64,000 nucleotides of DNA from an uncultured virus (IMG/VR IMGVR_UViG_3300037357_000283) (IMGVR_UViG_3300037357_000283); one strand, 5' to 3'. Positions 28,246 to 39,425 are shown, counted from the first letter of the stretch. Numbers and translations are program-made. Notes: a model not told the origin generated them from the letters alone.

Positions 28246-30798
28246 ATGCCCACGACTCAACGCTCTCGCGCTTCCAGTATTCAAAAGGTCGCCAACGCCC
28301 TGGGGTATTATTGGGCCAGTGAGTATCCGGCAACCGAATTGCGCGCGCTGTGTCGAGCTTGGCGCGGCGGGACCGTCAAGGTCGCAGATCTTGGTGGTGA
28401 CAACGAGAGTGGCTTTGAACAAGCCTTTTCGGCTTTGGCTTATTCTTATCTTCGCGATTCTGCCCCGCGTCTACTTCCCTACATCATCGGCTTTCAGCTG
28501 ATCGACCGCAACGAAGACAATACCAAAGCGGCTGGTGTCTTTGGCTTCAAAATCGGTAAGCAGTGGCTCTACGCCCCGGTCTTTTTCATCAACAACGATC
28601 TTAAGGGCCACGAACTCCTGTACGTCAAGAACCAGGATCTCTTTGTCCCGATGAAAGAGAACTGGATCAATTATCTCCTTAGCCGCAAGCCGCAGATGCT
28701 CGGGGAGACTTCGCCTCGCGATGCTTTTCAGCTGGGCGGCTTGGCCCCCAATGTCGAGCGACTGGCCTACCCGCCGTCGAATTCCAAGTTTGGCGCTGAT
28801 ATGCAGGAGTGGGCCAGGGAGATCATGCCGATGGTTGCCGCCCTGGCAACCAAGGAAGCCCGCTTCCTCTGGCCCGATCGCCCGCGCGGCGAGAAGTTCG
28901 ACCTTGATAAACTAATCACGTCGCCCAACGTCGCGATCAAGCTGGCGTCAGCGTTGCCCGACTTCGAGACGTTCCTCGGTAGCGACTGGCGTCTGGCCCG
29001 CACCGCCTATGCCTGGTCGCAGCGTTATCCCGGTATTAAGTTGGCTTTGGATAGGTTCTACGGGCCGGATCTGTTTAGTCGTATCGGCTTGGATCTTGAG
29101 ACGCAAGCAGCTAGCATCCTGCCGCGGGAGTCGCGGCCAGCAGACTGGACCAAAGCCGCCGCGGATTCCATTCTGCCTGTTTCCCTGATGGAGAAGAAAG
29201 CCGTCAGCAGCGACAAGATCCACATCATCACCCGTCCCGAGCTGACGTTGACCCGTAATGTCTCGCTCAATGATGCTGATAAGAGTCATATTGTCAGTCA
29301 CGGCTATCTGGTCAAAGATGAGCGGACCGGCGACGAAATCAGCATGGTCTATAACACGCAGCATGAGATGCGTTTGCTTACACCGGATCAGACGGGAATC
29401 TATGAGGTTCTCGAGGCACCGGGTGATTTCAGCCGGATGCTGGTGATTACCGCGCCGATCAGTAATGCCGGCCCTATGAGCTTTTCAACCGTCATCCGTT
29501 TGGACGATGGCGATAAGACGTGGCTTAATGGCCCGCTGGGGGCGATTAATGCCCGACCGCGCGAGGAAACTGAGGATACTTTTGAGAAGTATTTCGCCGC
29601 GCTGCCGGAGAAAGAGACTCTGGAAGAAGGCGCGACCTACGTCGCGGTAACCTGCAGGGGCGGAGGCACGGTTCCGTTTGAAGTTCGTAAACACATTGCC
29701 AAGGAACACCTCGACACCTACAAGGTCGATTTCCTGACTTCGGCGGCTTCCCGGGGTTCTAAGTTGTGGCAGCCGTTGACCAGTAACACCAGAGGCAACT
29801 TTGACAATTATGTTTCAACGTATGACGCCACATTGATCCGCGGCGACCGCCCTGACACGCGGCTGATGTCGCTTAACGGTGAGCTTCACGTTCCGGCCGA
29901 GGCTCGTTTTATCAAGATCAAGGCACCGTCCAAACCCAAGAAAGATGTCGCGGGCCACCTTGGCGAGGGCTGTTGCGGCGAGTGCGGTTCTGAGCTCAAG
30001 CCGATTGTCCCTGGTGACCTGGCAATGATCCAGATGCTCTTTACCGAGAAGACCGCGTCACTGCGCCTGACCGGAGATGAGCATGAAGTAACGATCGATT
30101 CCAAGGCGGGTTCAGACCGGTTTAGTTACGGACAGGCCTTGTTTAACCTGATTCGGGTCCACGGTGTCACCGAACCAGCGGCGCATGAGATGCTCAAGAC
30201 CGCCCAAGTTCGGCATCTTGGAGGCGAGACCGCTGGTTACCGCATCAAATACGCCGACAACTATCCGTTGCAGCAATCGGCGCCGACGGCGCCCGCATTC
30301 CCGGCGCCGATTTATGGGACTGAGCCTATTGGTTATCGTTCGGTGGCTTCGATTTATCCCCAGCAGGAAACGCTACCGGTGCCGGCTTTGGACAGTAGCC
30401 GGACGGATCCACGGATTTACGATCCGTTCTTAAACATCACGCCCGATACGCAATCGCTGGGTTTTGCCCAGCAAGCCGCGGTTTCGGGACAGAAGGAAGT
30501 CTTCGATACGTCGATGATGGCCAATCTCTTGAAAACCGTGCAGCATGAAGATCACATCGACAAGGATCTCGGCGAGTTCATGAAGGCAATGAACGCGCGG
30601 GGCCGTTTGCTGTTGACGTTTTACTGGCACGGCGAGGCGATGGAAGATCGCTACAGCCGCGCCGTGATTGCTGATATCGTTGATGCTTTGCGTAATGTCT
30701 TTGAGAGCGAGGGAGACCTCATTCTCCAGCTCCGGCAGAACAGTGGCGCCGATGTCGACGATCTCAAGAGCCAGTTGTCGCGAACAGCGGAAGCATGA
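28246..30798 (+). CDS. Large putative head/virion protein
   Basis: 850 aa, many KxA motifs, located in the head cluster. Confidence 0.6.
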   Translation: MPTTQRSRASSIQKVANALGYYWASEYPATELRALCRAWRGGTVKVADLGGDNESGFEQAFSALAYSYLRDSAPRLLPYIIGFQLIDRNEDNTKAAGVFGFKIGKQWLYAPVFFINNDLKGHELLYVKNQDLFVPMKENWINYLLSRKPQMLGETSPRDAFQLGGLAPNVERLAYPPSNSKFGADMQEWAREIMPMVAALATKEARFLWPDRPRGEKFDLDKLITSPNVAIKLASALPDFETFLGSDWRLARTAYAWSQRYPGIKLALDRFYGPDLFSRIGLDLETQAASILPRESRPADWTKAAADSILPVSLMEKKAVSSDKIHIITRPELTLTRNVSLNDADKSHIVSHGYLVKDERTGDEISMVYNTQHEMRLLTPDQTGIYEVLEAPGDFSRMLVITAPISNAGPMSFSTVIRLDDGDKTWLNGPLGAINARPREETEDTFEKYFAALPEKETLEEGATYVAVTCRGGGTVPFEVRKHIAKEHLDTYKVDFLTSAASRGSKLWQPLTSNTRGNFDNYVSTYDATLIRGDRPDTRLMSLNGELHVPAEARFIKIKAPSKPKKDVAGHLGEGCCGECGSELKPIVPGDLAMIQMLFTEKTASLRLTGDEHEVTIDSKAGSDRFSYGQALFNLIRVHGVTEPAAHEMLKTAQVRHLGGETAGYRIKYADNYPLQQSAPTAPAFPAPIYGTEPIGYRSVASIYPQQETLPVPALDSSRTDPRIYDPFLNITPDTQSLGFAQQAAVSGQKEVFDTSMMANLLKTVQHEDHIDKDLGEFMKAMNARGRLLLTFYWHGEAMEDRYSRAVIADIVDALRNVFESEGDLILQLRQNSGADVDDLKSQLSRTAEA

Positions 30799-30808
30799 TT
30801 TGGATAGG

Positions 30809-30826
30809 TGTATTTCCGGAAATACA
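30809..30826. promoter_or_regulatory. Palindrome TGTATTT-N4-AAATACA, copy 4
   Basis: Exact arms. Confidence 0.7.
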
Positions 30827-30845
30827 CCCCGGATTTGGAGCAATT

Positions 30846-31445
30846 ATGGCCCCCTGGGAATCGAATAATACGTTTACGACGACCGAAGCAGCGCAGATCG
30901 TTGCCTTGCCGTGCCCTGGTCGTTGTACGATCGATCGCGTAATTATCGTGCGACTCGACACTGGCGCAATCGATTTTACGTTCTTCAGTCGGGCTTTTAC
31001 CAACACGCCGATGCCGTGCTGGATCACCCGGGATCCGCTGACGGGTAATTGCGCCGTTAAGTGTCAGGGAATTTTTCAGGTCAAGGGTGGAGACCTGGTA
31101 ACAATTACTGGCTCCAGTGGCAGCGCTTATGCCGCGGCGCAGCGAGTTGTAACGGTGAAGCAGGACGATCAAAGTTTTGTTACCGGTACCGCTTGGACGG
31201 TCGACAGCGTTGGTACGATTCAGTTGACGATTCCGGCCAGCGAGCAATCGCTCTATCAGGCTTTTGATGAAATGACTGGCACCGATACGCTGACCACCCT
31301 GTTTACCCCGGGGGTTATTTACATCAACAGTGATCCCCAGGGTTTTATCCAGAATGTCGGCATTCCCCAGCGAATTTATGCCTTGGTTGCCAATGCGGGT
31401 CAGTACCGGGTTGCCATCAAGAGCCGTGGGCCCGACCTGATTTGA
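30846..31445 (+). CDS. Putative beta-rich virion protein
   Basis: RBS GGAG, ATG 30846; Thr/Val-rich. Confidence 0.55.
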   Translation: MAPWESNNTFTTTEAAQIVALPCPGRCTIDRVIIVRLDTGAIDFTFFSRAFTNTPMPCWITRDPLTGNCAVKCQGIFQVKGGDLVTITGSSGSAYAAAQRVVTVKQDDQSFVTGTAWTVDSVGTIQLTIPASEQSLYQAFDEMTGTDTLTTLFTPGVIYINSDPQGFIQNVGIPQRIYALVANAGQYRVAIKSRGPDLI

Positions 31446-31451
31446 TCGGTT

Positions 31452-32525
31452 TTGCAGAAGGATTTATCTGTGAGACAGTTACTCGACTATGCGCCGTGGA
31501 ATCCTTTTCGACCGCCGAACTGGCGGCACGAACGTGTCATGGAATTAACCGCGCGGCGCGATCCGGGAAGTCCTGGTCGCTGTACGCAACATGACGATGT
31601 TTACGTCAAGGGATTGCGGCGGTTTATCCTTCGCTATGAGAATTATTCTCCAGAGCAGCGACATCGTCTGGGCTGGGAGAACCCCGGGCTTTACATCGCT
31701 TATCAGCTTTACAATCGCCGCAATACCGACAGCCAGTACCTTACGCGAATGGTTGAAGCGCGAATCCTCGCCCGACAGTCTGATGCCGATATTGCCAAAG
31801 AACATACGCTGCATCCCGAGGCAGTTTCCTGGTATCACGCGCTGTATTTCGATGTTCGGCCCCGTTTGAAATCCTTGGACTGGATCATTAATCATGTACT
31901 GTTTCCGGCTTATTCAGCGGACATGCCCGGCGACGCGCAGCAAGCAGAGAGGCAGCGGAATAACCAGACTCCGTTGCCGCGGCCGATCTCTTTGCCGATG
32001 TTTGATTGCACTAGCAAGTTTTTCGCTTACTTTGGTGGGCACCTTTTGCTCGATTTCATTCTAACCGGGTTTCAGCGGGAGTCGCGCGTCACGATTCGCG
32101 AGCAGTGTACCGACTATCTCGACGCGCAAACGCAGTCGCGCATTATTCAACGATCCGCTGAATCAGCGCAGACTTTTGCGGTAACCCAGGACAACGTCAT
32201 GGCGTTGTTTGCGGTTCATCAGCGGATTTCCGATAGTCGCCGGCAGAGTCGCCAGCAGATCGGAGCCCGTGACGGACTGATGCTTAATATTCAAACCATG
32301 CTGGAACAACTGCCTTTCGCCGTTGGCGATGCCGGAGCGCTGCAGGCCAAGGGAACCGCCTTGGAGAAATATGATGCTGGCGCCGCGGAGCTAAGCAGTG
32401 ATGAGATGCTCAAGGTGATGAGTGGTCCTGCGCCTGTTACAATCGAGGGCGTAGATTTATTGACGTTGCCACAACCTTCATCAGGTGAGCCGATGATCGT
32501 TGAAGCAGAGAACCCGAACCCGTAG
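31452..32525 (+). CDS. Hypothetical protein
   Basis: 357-aa ORF; start uncertain. Confidence 0.6.
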   Translation: MQKDLSVRQLLDYAPWNPFRPPNWRHERVMELTARRDPGSPGRCTQHDDVYVKGLRRFILRYENYSPEQRHRLGWENPGLYIAYQLYNRRNTDSQYLTRMVEARILARQSDADIAKEHTLHPEAVSWYHALYFDVRPRLKSLDWIINHVLFPAYSADMPGDAQQAERQRNNQTPLPRPISLPMFDCTSKFFAYFGGHLLLDFILTGFQRESRVTIREQCTDYLDAQTQSRIIQRSAESAQTFAVTQDNVMALFAVHQRISDSRRQSRQQIGARDGLMLNIQTMLEQLPFAVGDAGALQAKGTALEKYDAGAAELSSDEMLKVMSGPAPVTIEGVDLLTLPQPSSGEPMIVEAENPNP

Positions 32526-32533
32526 GTGTCACT

Positions 32534-34264
32534 ATGCCCGATGTGCTCAGCAAGGACGCAGAGCAGAAAATCATTACCGCCGTCAAGACCGCCATGGAGC
32601 TGGTCGACGACAAAGGTATGGTTCCCGATACCGCTATGGCTAAAATGGCCCGAGACTGCGGTTGGGGATCAGATATGATTGAATTTGCTGGCCGGGCTTA
32701 TAACACGGCGCGACAGGCAGCGCAGCGGCGGAGCAGTGATGAGGTTCTGGAGAAGTTTGCGACTTTTCCGCTGGTAAATCCCACCGCGGTGGTTGCCTCG
32801 GTTTTTCCCACCAAGGAAGCCGTGATCAAGACCGCTATGGCGATTCCCCTACCGGCCGCGGTTCTTCCAAATTTTCCTCGTTGGAACCAGCACCGGGCGC
32901 CGAATTTTTCGATCAAAATCGCCATGGCGCCGGTCAACCCGCCAGCATCACGGCCAACGGTCACGCAGACTTTCAATCAGTTCGATCGCTTCCGCGCTGA
33001 GGCGGGCGAGGCACGCCGCAAAGCCGCTGCAGCCCAGGACCGGTTAATCAACCAAGTCGGTGATCTCGAGGAGTATTTTCTCAAATACGCGGGCGATCGC
33101 CTTCCTTTTTCGCATGTTGAGATGGCGGCAACGGTTTATCACGGCGACGCGGTCAAGCCATTGTTGGAGCACGTCTACCGACAATGCCGGTTGAAAGAGG
33201 CCCGCTATAACCCAGCCAAGCCGCCTCTGACGGAGTATGTGGCAGGTGACCGGCCGTACACCTTGATTGCTGCTTGTGTCAAAACTGCGGCTGCAGTCGC
33301 CGATAATCGCGAGAGCGAGAAAACAGCGGTTGACCGCATGGAAGCTTATGCGATTAACGATCTGGCCCCGTTGGTTGCCGTGCCCAAGATCATCAAGGGG
33401 GCTGCGGACTCGATCATCCCCGATCCCGATAAGAAGTTCTGGGATCGCGACAGCGTTCGCGCGTTTCTACCACCCCTGCCGCGTGAAGTGATCAAGCAAG
33501 CGGCGGCCATTGAACCGTCTGCCTGGTCGCTGTTGGATGGGATCGACAAACAAGCGGGTGCCGAGGGTGGGGCCATGGCCGTTGGCGGCACGTTGCTGGC
33601 AGATAAATTGATGAGCCGGGACCCGGGTGGCGATGATCGGGTGAGCAACGCTTACCGGGAACTGGCCGACCCGCTGCATCAGTCGCAGCTGCAACAGATC
33701 CGCACTCAGGCGATGCTGGCTGATCTCATGAACGATGAAGTGATCGGGGACGGTAACCACAGCCCGGATGAGATTGCCCACGCTTTTAACGAGATCAGTC
33801 AGCTCGCTCCGCGCGCGGCGCAGAACCCGCTGGCGATTCGCGGCATGCTGCGGCGTTATCTCGAGCAGAATGGTAACATCGAAAATACCGAGATTCAGCA
33901 AATGGCGGGGACCGACCAAGCGCTTAAAGGGTTGCAAACGCCCCTGCCTGAACATCTTTCAGCGGTGCCGGCGCCGTCGGGTAATGCTCCGGTGCTGCCG
34001 TTTAATCCTTCGGACTTCTCCCCGACCCAAACTGTCGGTGGGCTGTATTCTTCTCTTCCCAAGCCTTCGGATCTGACTTCGGCGGTTTCCGGTGGGCTAT
34101 CGGCGGTTTCCGGTGGGCTATCGGCGGTGGCTGGTGGTCTAGGTCTAAAGGGGTCTAAAGAGAAGTGGCTCAAAGGCTCAAAGGGAAGTGACGGTAAGCA
34201 AGCAGCCAGCGTCAGTATTCTGGATCAAAGCATGGAGGATGCCGGTGACATCGCGCTCTTTTGA
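32534..34264 (+). CDS. Putative head protein
   Basis: 576 aa, about 12 KxA motifs, SAVSGGL tandem repeat. Confidence 0.6.
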   Translation: MPDVLSKDAEQKIITAVKTAMELVDDKGMVPDTAMAKMARDCGWGSDMIEFAGRAYNTARQAAQRRSSDEVLEKFATFPLVNPTAVVASVFPTKEAVIKTAMAIPLPAAVLPNFPRWNQHRAPNFSIKIAMAPVNPPASRPTVTQTFNQFDRFRAEAGEARRKAAAAQDRLINQVGDLEEYFLKYAGDRLPFSHVEMAATVYHGDAVKPLLEHVYRQCRLKEARYNPAKPPLTEYVAGDRPYTLIAACVKTAAAVADNRESEKTAVDRMEAYAINDLAPLVAVPKIIKGAADSIIPDPDKKFWDRDSVRAFLPPLPREVIKQAAAIEPSAWSLLDGIDKQAGAEGGAMAVGGTLLADKLMSRDPGGDDRVSNAYRELADPLHQSQLQQIRTQAMLADLMNDEVIGDGNHSPDEIAHAFNEISQLAPRAAQNPLAIRGMLRRYLEQNGNIENTEIQQMAGTDQALKGLQTPLPEHLSAVPAPSGNAPVLPFNPSDFSPTQTVGGLYSSLPKPSDLTSAVSGGLSAVSGGLSAVAGGLGLKGSKEKWLKGSKGSDGKQAASVSILDQSMEDAGDIALF

Positions 34265-35261
34265 TTTTTCCAAACTGACGGTGAAACAAGCGGCGATGAT
34301 TCTCACTGCCAAGGCGGCGGCGCAAGCGCACAAAGCTGCTGGTTTTGATTGGCACAGCCTGACGTCTTCACCTGAGTTACAGAATGCCGGCATCGCCGGG
34401 TTGGCGGGGGGTGGCCTGGGCGCTTTGGCAGGCGAGATGAACGTCGGACCCGATGGTAAGCGGCACCCGTGGCAGGGGGCATTGACGGGGGCGCTGGCTG
34501 GAGCTGGATTAGGCGGCGGGTTGACGGCCTTGTCGCGCTACGGCGGAGCTGCTGGGGACACGTTAAAGCCGGGTAAGCTGAACAGTGGCGATGATCCTGC
34601 GACGGTCGCCACAGTTCAGGCTGTAGAGGCAGCTAATGCTCGGGCTCGGGCTGCGGCGGGTAACGCGAGTGGGGGGCCGTTGGATGCCATGTTGAACCAC
34701 CCCGTTAGGGTATCTGTAATAGGCGCTGGTGCGGGTAGTTTACTGAAGGGTTTCGCAAATACAGCACCTAAGCTACAAAAATATCGAACCTTCGCCAGGC
34801 AGCAAGCCCTGCGGAAAGCTGTATTGCCGTATAACGAAGCTGCGGTACGTGCGGTACCTAGGCATATTACGAATTTAAAAGATTTGGGATTTGAGCCTTG
34901 GGAACCAACGCCGACTCCTGATGTGCTTAACGCGCGTATGGCCACTATGGCCAAATCACGTACAGACATAGCTGGTGGGCGAAAGATGGTACCTGTGGGC
35001 GATACGTTACCGTCGCCGGGCGATCCAGACCCGTGGCAGCGTATTGGTTTTGCTGCGATGCCTGATGAAGTGTTGGATGCGCCCTCAAGAATGCCCGAGG
35101 GGTTTATTTCCGGGGCGGCCGGGGGCGGTGTTATAGCGGGGGGGCTCGTGGGACTTACCGAAATATTTAAGAGACTGCGCCAGACTCAGGCGGAGGCCGC
35201 TAATGTACCACAAGCGCAATGGGATGCTATTAAAAATAATCCCCTGTACCACGTGCCGTAA
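34245..35261 (+). CDS. Putative virion protein with Gly-zipper segments
   Basis: GGAGG RBS before GTG 34245. Confidence 0.55.
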   Translation: MTSRSFDFSKLTVKQAAMILTAKAAAQAHKAAGFDWHSLTSSPELQNAGIAGLAGGGLGALAGEMNVGPDGKRHPWQGALTGALAGAGLGGGLTALSRYGGAAGDTLKPGKLNSGDDPATVATVQAVEAANARARAAAGNASGGPLDAMLNHPVRVSVIGAGAGSLLKGFANTAPKLQKYRTFARQQALRKAVLPYNEAAVRAVPRHITNLKDLGFEPWEPTPTPDVLNARMATMAKSRTDIAGGRKMVPVGDTLPSPGDPDPWQRIGFAAMPDEVLDAPSRMPEGFISGAAGGGVIAGGLVGLTEIFKRLRQTQAEAANVPQAQWDAIKNNPLYHVP

Positions 35262-35278
35262 ACAGAAGGGCTACCGCG

Positions 35279-36760
35279 ATGGCTGACACAGGCATGACCA
35301 AACTCATCGATCCGGCCGGCTGGGACTTTGATCGTCCTATCATGGTCTCGGTGAAGATCTCCAGCCGCGGGTTGATCGGCAACGATCGCAACGACTTCAT
35401 CAAGGTCGCCGGGCACGTGTTCCTCGATGCCATCGACAACCTCAAGGTTGCCGAGGACGAAATTCCGGTACACATGGTAGCGATGGGTTCGACGGAATAT
35501 TTCGGCGCCAACCGAAATGGAGATGGTTGGAAAGAGGCAATGCTGCGCCGCTGTCATCCGACTTTCGTGAAGTACGCCAAGCCTTTTCGCGACCACAAAA
35601 ATGATGCGGATAAGGATCCTTATTTCGGCGTCGTCAAGCTTTCGGCCTATAACGACGACATGCACCGCGTCGAACTCTTCGAGGTGCTTAACGCCACGGA
35701 AAAAGCTGCGGCGCGCAACGGCGGCCAAGTCGCCGATCGCGAGATTGCCAAGCTGGATAAGCAGGGCGAGTACGGCGTCTCTATGGCGGCCCGAGTTCCG
35801 TGCGATTGTTGTTCAAGTTGTGGTAACATAGCACCGACCCGCAAACAGTATTGCGACGAGCACACCTGCATCGGCCCCCACGGCGAGAAGCGCGGCGGCT
35901 GCAAGAAAAACCTTACCAAGGTCAGCGCTGACGGCCACGTACTTCACGTGGATAATCCCGAAGGCACTTTCTTTGACATCTCTCACGTTGGCCGGCCCGC
36001 TGATCGTGAAGCTTACGCTGTTCGTGCCGGTTACATGAACAAGGCCGCCAGCGATGAGATTATCTCTTCCGCTGAACTCGCTGAGGCGCTTGGGGTTACC
36101 ACGCCGCCGGGGGTTTTGGCGTCCATTGCCAGCGAGGGTTTCTTCCATTTGCCCGAGCACGTTATTGGGCAGCAGAAACTCGCTTACGCTTTGGCTGATT
36201 TGGAAATTGCTGACGGTGTGGATGGAGCAGCAGCGCTGAGTTTATCTCCCAGAGTTCGCGCCAAGTTCGCGACGGATCAACTTACCGGTTACGCCGACCG
36301 CGCTGCGGTGACCAACGCCCTGGCCGGCGAAGGTGTGATTATGCCCCTGGAAGCATTTGCCCTTTGGACCAATAAATCCGCGGAGCTGGAAAGTGCTCGG
36401 CGACAATTGCCCGAATTGTTTACGCAATTAATTGGGACGCAGGGTTACGTGCTCGCTGAGGCCAATCCCTTCTTCCCGGTCCGCGACGTCAAAGTCGCGA
36501 CCGCGGTTGCAGCGAAATCGGCAGCGGACTGGTCCCTGCTTTTGCCGGCGGTTCTCGAGCGCTCGATGCTTGCGACGCTTCGCGGGGTTACTTCTCCAGA
36601 ACTTCAAGCGACGGTCAAAATCGCCGCCGCATCACGCGGGTTGTGTGCCCTGGCTCGTGACTATGCGCTGTATCAATTGGCGTCGCTTTATAAAATCGCC
36701 GCTGACGGGCATGATCTTAATTTGACAGCGCGCCTGTGTGTGCGACAGAATAAGATCTGA
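35279..36760 (+). CDS. Putative prohead maturation protease with Zn-ribbon insertion
   Basis: NRNGD, conserved His (FRDHKN), GVSM followed by CxxCG, FFDISxVxRPAD; lies before scaffold and capsid genes. Confidence 0.65.
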   Translation: MADTGMTKLIDPAGWDFDRPIMVSVKISSRGLIGNDRNDFIKVAGHVFLDAIDNLKVAEDEIPVHMVAMGSTEYFGANRNGDGWKEAMLRRCHPTFVKYAKPFRDHKNDADKDPYFGVVKLSAYNDDMHRVELFEVLNATEKAAARNGGQVADREIAKLDKQGEYGVSMAARVPCDCCSSCGNIAPTRKQYCDEHTCIGPHGEKRGGCKKNLTKVSADGHVLHVDNPEGTFFDISHVGRPADREAYAVRAGYMNKAASDEIISSAELAEALGVTTPPGVLASIASEGFFHLPEHVIGQQKLAYALADLEIADGVDGAAALSLSPRVRAKFATDQLTGYADRAAVTNALAGEGVIMPLEAFALWTNKSAELESARRQLPELFTQLIGTQGYVLAEANPFFPVRDVKVATAVAAKSAADWSLLLPAVLERSMLATLRGVTSPELQATVKIAAASRGLCALARDYALYQLASLYKIAADGHDLNLTARLCVRQNKI

Positions 36761-36796
36761 AACACACGGCACGATGCCGTTATAACGGAGTCAAGG

Positions 36797-38188
36797 ATGG
36801 CCACGAATACTCAAGTGCTCGGAAAGATCGAAGACTTCATCGCTTCGGTCCGTCCCCCTACTACCAAGCTTGCCAAAGTGCTCAGTGAGCCCGGCAGCCT
36901 TGGTGGTGAAACCCAACTGCCGGTTAACGATGTCGAAGATCATCTTCAGCCTGAGCACACCGGTGCTCGTGCAGCTGAAAATGAAAAAGACGTCAAAAAA
37001 GAGCTAGGTAAACCCTCGGTTGATGCGACACCGGAAGCCAAGGCCGCGGGTAGCGTCGGTAAGCCGGGGACGGCAACCAGTGATATTGTCAACGCCGGCA
37101 CACTGAAAGTGACCCCGACGGGTGAAGATCCCGAGCACGAAACCGCCAGCACCAAGCCCGGTAAGACAGACCCCGGTTCAACTCATCCCGCTCGCGCTGA
37201 CAACAAAGAGCTCGGCGGCGGCAAATATGCCTCGATGACTACGGAGCAGCTCCTGAACGCCTACAAGGAAGCCGCCGATGGTTTGTGCGCGGGCATTCTT
37301 AACGGGGTTGTCTCCAAGCAAGCAACTGCTTTGCCGGGGGCCGCAACCTTACCGGGGGCTTCAACTCTGCCGGCGACACCACCTGTGGCGGTTGCAACGG
37401 CTCCGGTATCACCCAAAATCGCTGCTCAGATCGGTTGGGACGTTGCGGCGATCCTCAACGGAACGCTGACGAAAGAGGGGGCTGATGCCATGGTGGCACA
37501 GAACCTCGAAAATATCATCAAGGGAGCCGAAGACGACGCCGATCGCGTTGCCGACTTCTATTCCGGTTTTTTCGTCCAAGGGGCTCCGCTGAACAAGGCC
37601 GGTGAATTTCCGCCTGGTGACGGTGGTAGCCCCAGCCACGCTGAGCATCATCACGCTTCCGCGGCTGGTGGTGATGACGGAATCAGTGGCGGCAGCGCCA
37701 GCGGTGGCGGCGCCGGTGGCGGTGCTGGCGGCGATGAACAAGTCATGGCCGAGATCGCCCAGATCTGTCAGCAGCTTGGCGTGACGCCCGAAGAGTTCCT
37801 CCAGGCGCTACAGGGCGGTGGCGCTGGTGCCGGTCCTGGCGGTCCTGGCGGGCCTCCTGGCCCCGGTGATGCCTCGGGTGGTCCTGGCGCTTTGCCGCCT
37901 GGCGGACCAGCCGGTGGGCCTCCTGGTATCGATCCCTCGGCTTTAGCCGGCCTTGGCGGCCCTGGTGGCCCCGGTGGTGGCCCTGGTGGTCCGCCTCCCG
38001 GTATGCCTCCCGGTATGCCTCCCGGTATGCCTCCCGGTATGCCTCCCGGTGGCCCACCTCCGGGCATGACCGCAACGGCCAGTGATCAGGCGCTGCAGAA
38101 GAAGCTCAGCCGCGATGAGGTTGTTAACTTCATCGCCGAGATCGCCAGTCGCTCCCGGGCTAAACAGGCCGCGGTAGTCAGGAAGTAG
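36797..38188 (+). CDS. Putative scaffolding/core protein
   Basis: Acidic and disordered, Gly/Pro tracts, follows the protease. Confidence 0.55.
   Translation: MATNTQVLGKIEDFIASVRPPTTKLAKVLSEPGSLGGETQLPVNDVEDHLQPEHTGARAAENEKDVKKELGKPSVDATPEAKAAGSVGKPGTATSDIVNAGTLKVTPTGEDPEHETASTKPGKTDPGSTHPARADNKELGGGKYASMTTEQLLNAYKEAADGLCAGILNGVVSKQATALPGAATLPGASTLPATPPVAVATAPVSPKIAAQIGWDVAAILNGTLTKEGADAMVAQNLENIIKGAEDDADRVADFYSGFFVQGAPLNKAGEFPPGDGGSPSHAEHHHASAAGGDDGISGGSASGGGAGGGAGGDEQVMAEIAQICQQLGVTPEEFLQALQGGGAGAGPGGPGGPPGPGDASGGPGALPPGGPAGGPPGIDPSALAGLGGPGGPGGGPGGPPPGMPPGMPPGMPPGMPPGGPPPGMTATASDQALQKKLSRDEVVNFIAEIASRSRAKQAAVVRK
37994..38050 (+). repeat. 12-nt tandem repeat CCTCCCGGTATG (PPGM)
   Basis: About 4.75 perfect units. 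Confidence 0.9.
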
Positions 38189-38191
38189 AAG

Positions 38192-38209
38192 TGTATTTGT
38201 ACAAATACA
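38192..38209. promoter_or_regulatory. Palindrome TGTATTT-N4-AAATACA, copy 5
   Basis: Exact arms. Confidence 0.7.
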
Positions 38210-38252
38210 CGCGTCAGGATTCGGGGTCGCCCGATCGAACAAGGAAGTTCCA

Positions 38253-38693
38253 ATGAACGAAAACATTATGGTTCCGGCAGATCGGGTTCTCGATCTTGTC
38301 CAGCTTACCAGTGAAATCAGCAAGCGCGCCGCGGATATGCTCGGCCAGCAAAGGACAACGACTGCCAAGGTTGCTTCGCTCCGTCCGCAGGTTCTCGACG
38401 CCATGCTCAAGAGTGGCGCCGTTACCCCGAACCAAGCGACCGCTGCAGACCGGGCTTTGTCCGATCACGGCAGTGCTTTGGCGCTGCTCAAAAACGCTTG
38501 CATCGAGATTGGCAAGCAGAAGCAGGCCAAGAGCGCGCAGGACAACGGATCGCTCGGCCAGCCGGAAGGCGGGACTGCGCTGACCAAGTCGGCCAGCGCT
38601 GGATCGTACCGCTTCGTTGGTCAGGAGACCGGTCAGCGAACCAATGCAGACCGTGTTTTCTTTGAACGCTTGAACATCGCTGTTCCAGAATGA
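38253..38693 (+). CDS. Small scaffold-like head protein
   Basis: Helical, dense in KxA motifs. Confidence 0.55.
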   Translation: MNENIMVPADRVLDLVQLTSEISKRAADMLGQQRTTTAKVASLRPQVLDAMLKSGAVTPNQATAADRALSDHGSALALLKNACIEIGKQKQAKSAQDNGSLGQPEGGTALTKSASAGSYRFVGQETGQRTNADRVFFERLNIAVPE

Positions 38694-38780
38694 GTGTCGT
38701 GATATACCAGTGAACCGGAGTAATCCGGCGCCTTTCGCCGGGGCTTAACGACAGCGGCGGTTTCTAACTGAGGAATTAAT

Positions 38781-39347
38781 ATGAGCACCCTTGTCCGAAT
38801 GACCACGCAGACCCTCAATGCCAAGTACGGCTGGCCGAATCCGTATGCGGTGGAGTTCTGGGCCCAGCTTGACGCAACGAGTTCGGTCAATCCGCTGCCG
38901 CCGGGCTCGGTGGTCCACTTGACTCCCAGCGGTACGTTTCTGCCGGGTGTCGGTAACGCGGCGGTCTTCCCGCTGATTACCTTCCTCGCCAGCAATGATC
39001 CGACGGTCACTGCCTCGGGTGGTGGCAACCCCGCGACCGATGCGGGGGCTTATGTCGGTACCAGTTCCAGCGGCAACATCATGGCCTTGCCGGTCAATGG
39101 CGCCTACGAGTTGGTTTCGACCAATGTCGATTTGGTGAACTATACCAGCTATCCGCCTAACACGCCGCTGACTTCGCCGACAACGTTGGCGTCTGGGGTT
39201 TACCCCGGGACGATTACGCAAGGCACCATTGGAGTCAACACCATCATCGGCATAACTTCGCGCGGGCTGGTCGACAACGGTTACAGCTATGGCGGCGGGA
39301 CCGCGACCATGGCAATCGCTTTCTGGCCCTGGTGGATCCCTGGCTGA
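38781..39347 (+). CDS. Putative capsid decoration/cement protein
   Basis: Thr/Gly/Pro-rich, immediately before the MCP; RBS GAGGA. Confidence 0.5.
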   Translation: MSTLVRMTTQTLNAKYGWPNPYAVEFWAQLDATSSVNPLPPGSVVHLTPSGTFLPGVGNAAVFPLITFLASNDPTVTASGGGNPATDAGAYVGTSSSGNIMALPVNGAYELVSTNVDLVNYTSYPPNTPLTSPTTLASGVYPGTITQGTIGVNTIIGITSRGLVDNGYSYGGGTATMAIAFWPWWIPG

Positions 39348-39425
39348 ACCTAATCCCGCGGTGTCGCGGATTTAGGCCAGTGACACAGACACGATGTCTG
39401 TTTAACAACGTAACGGAGTACATCT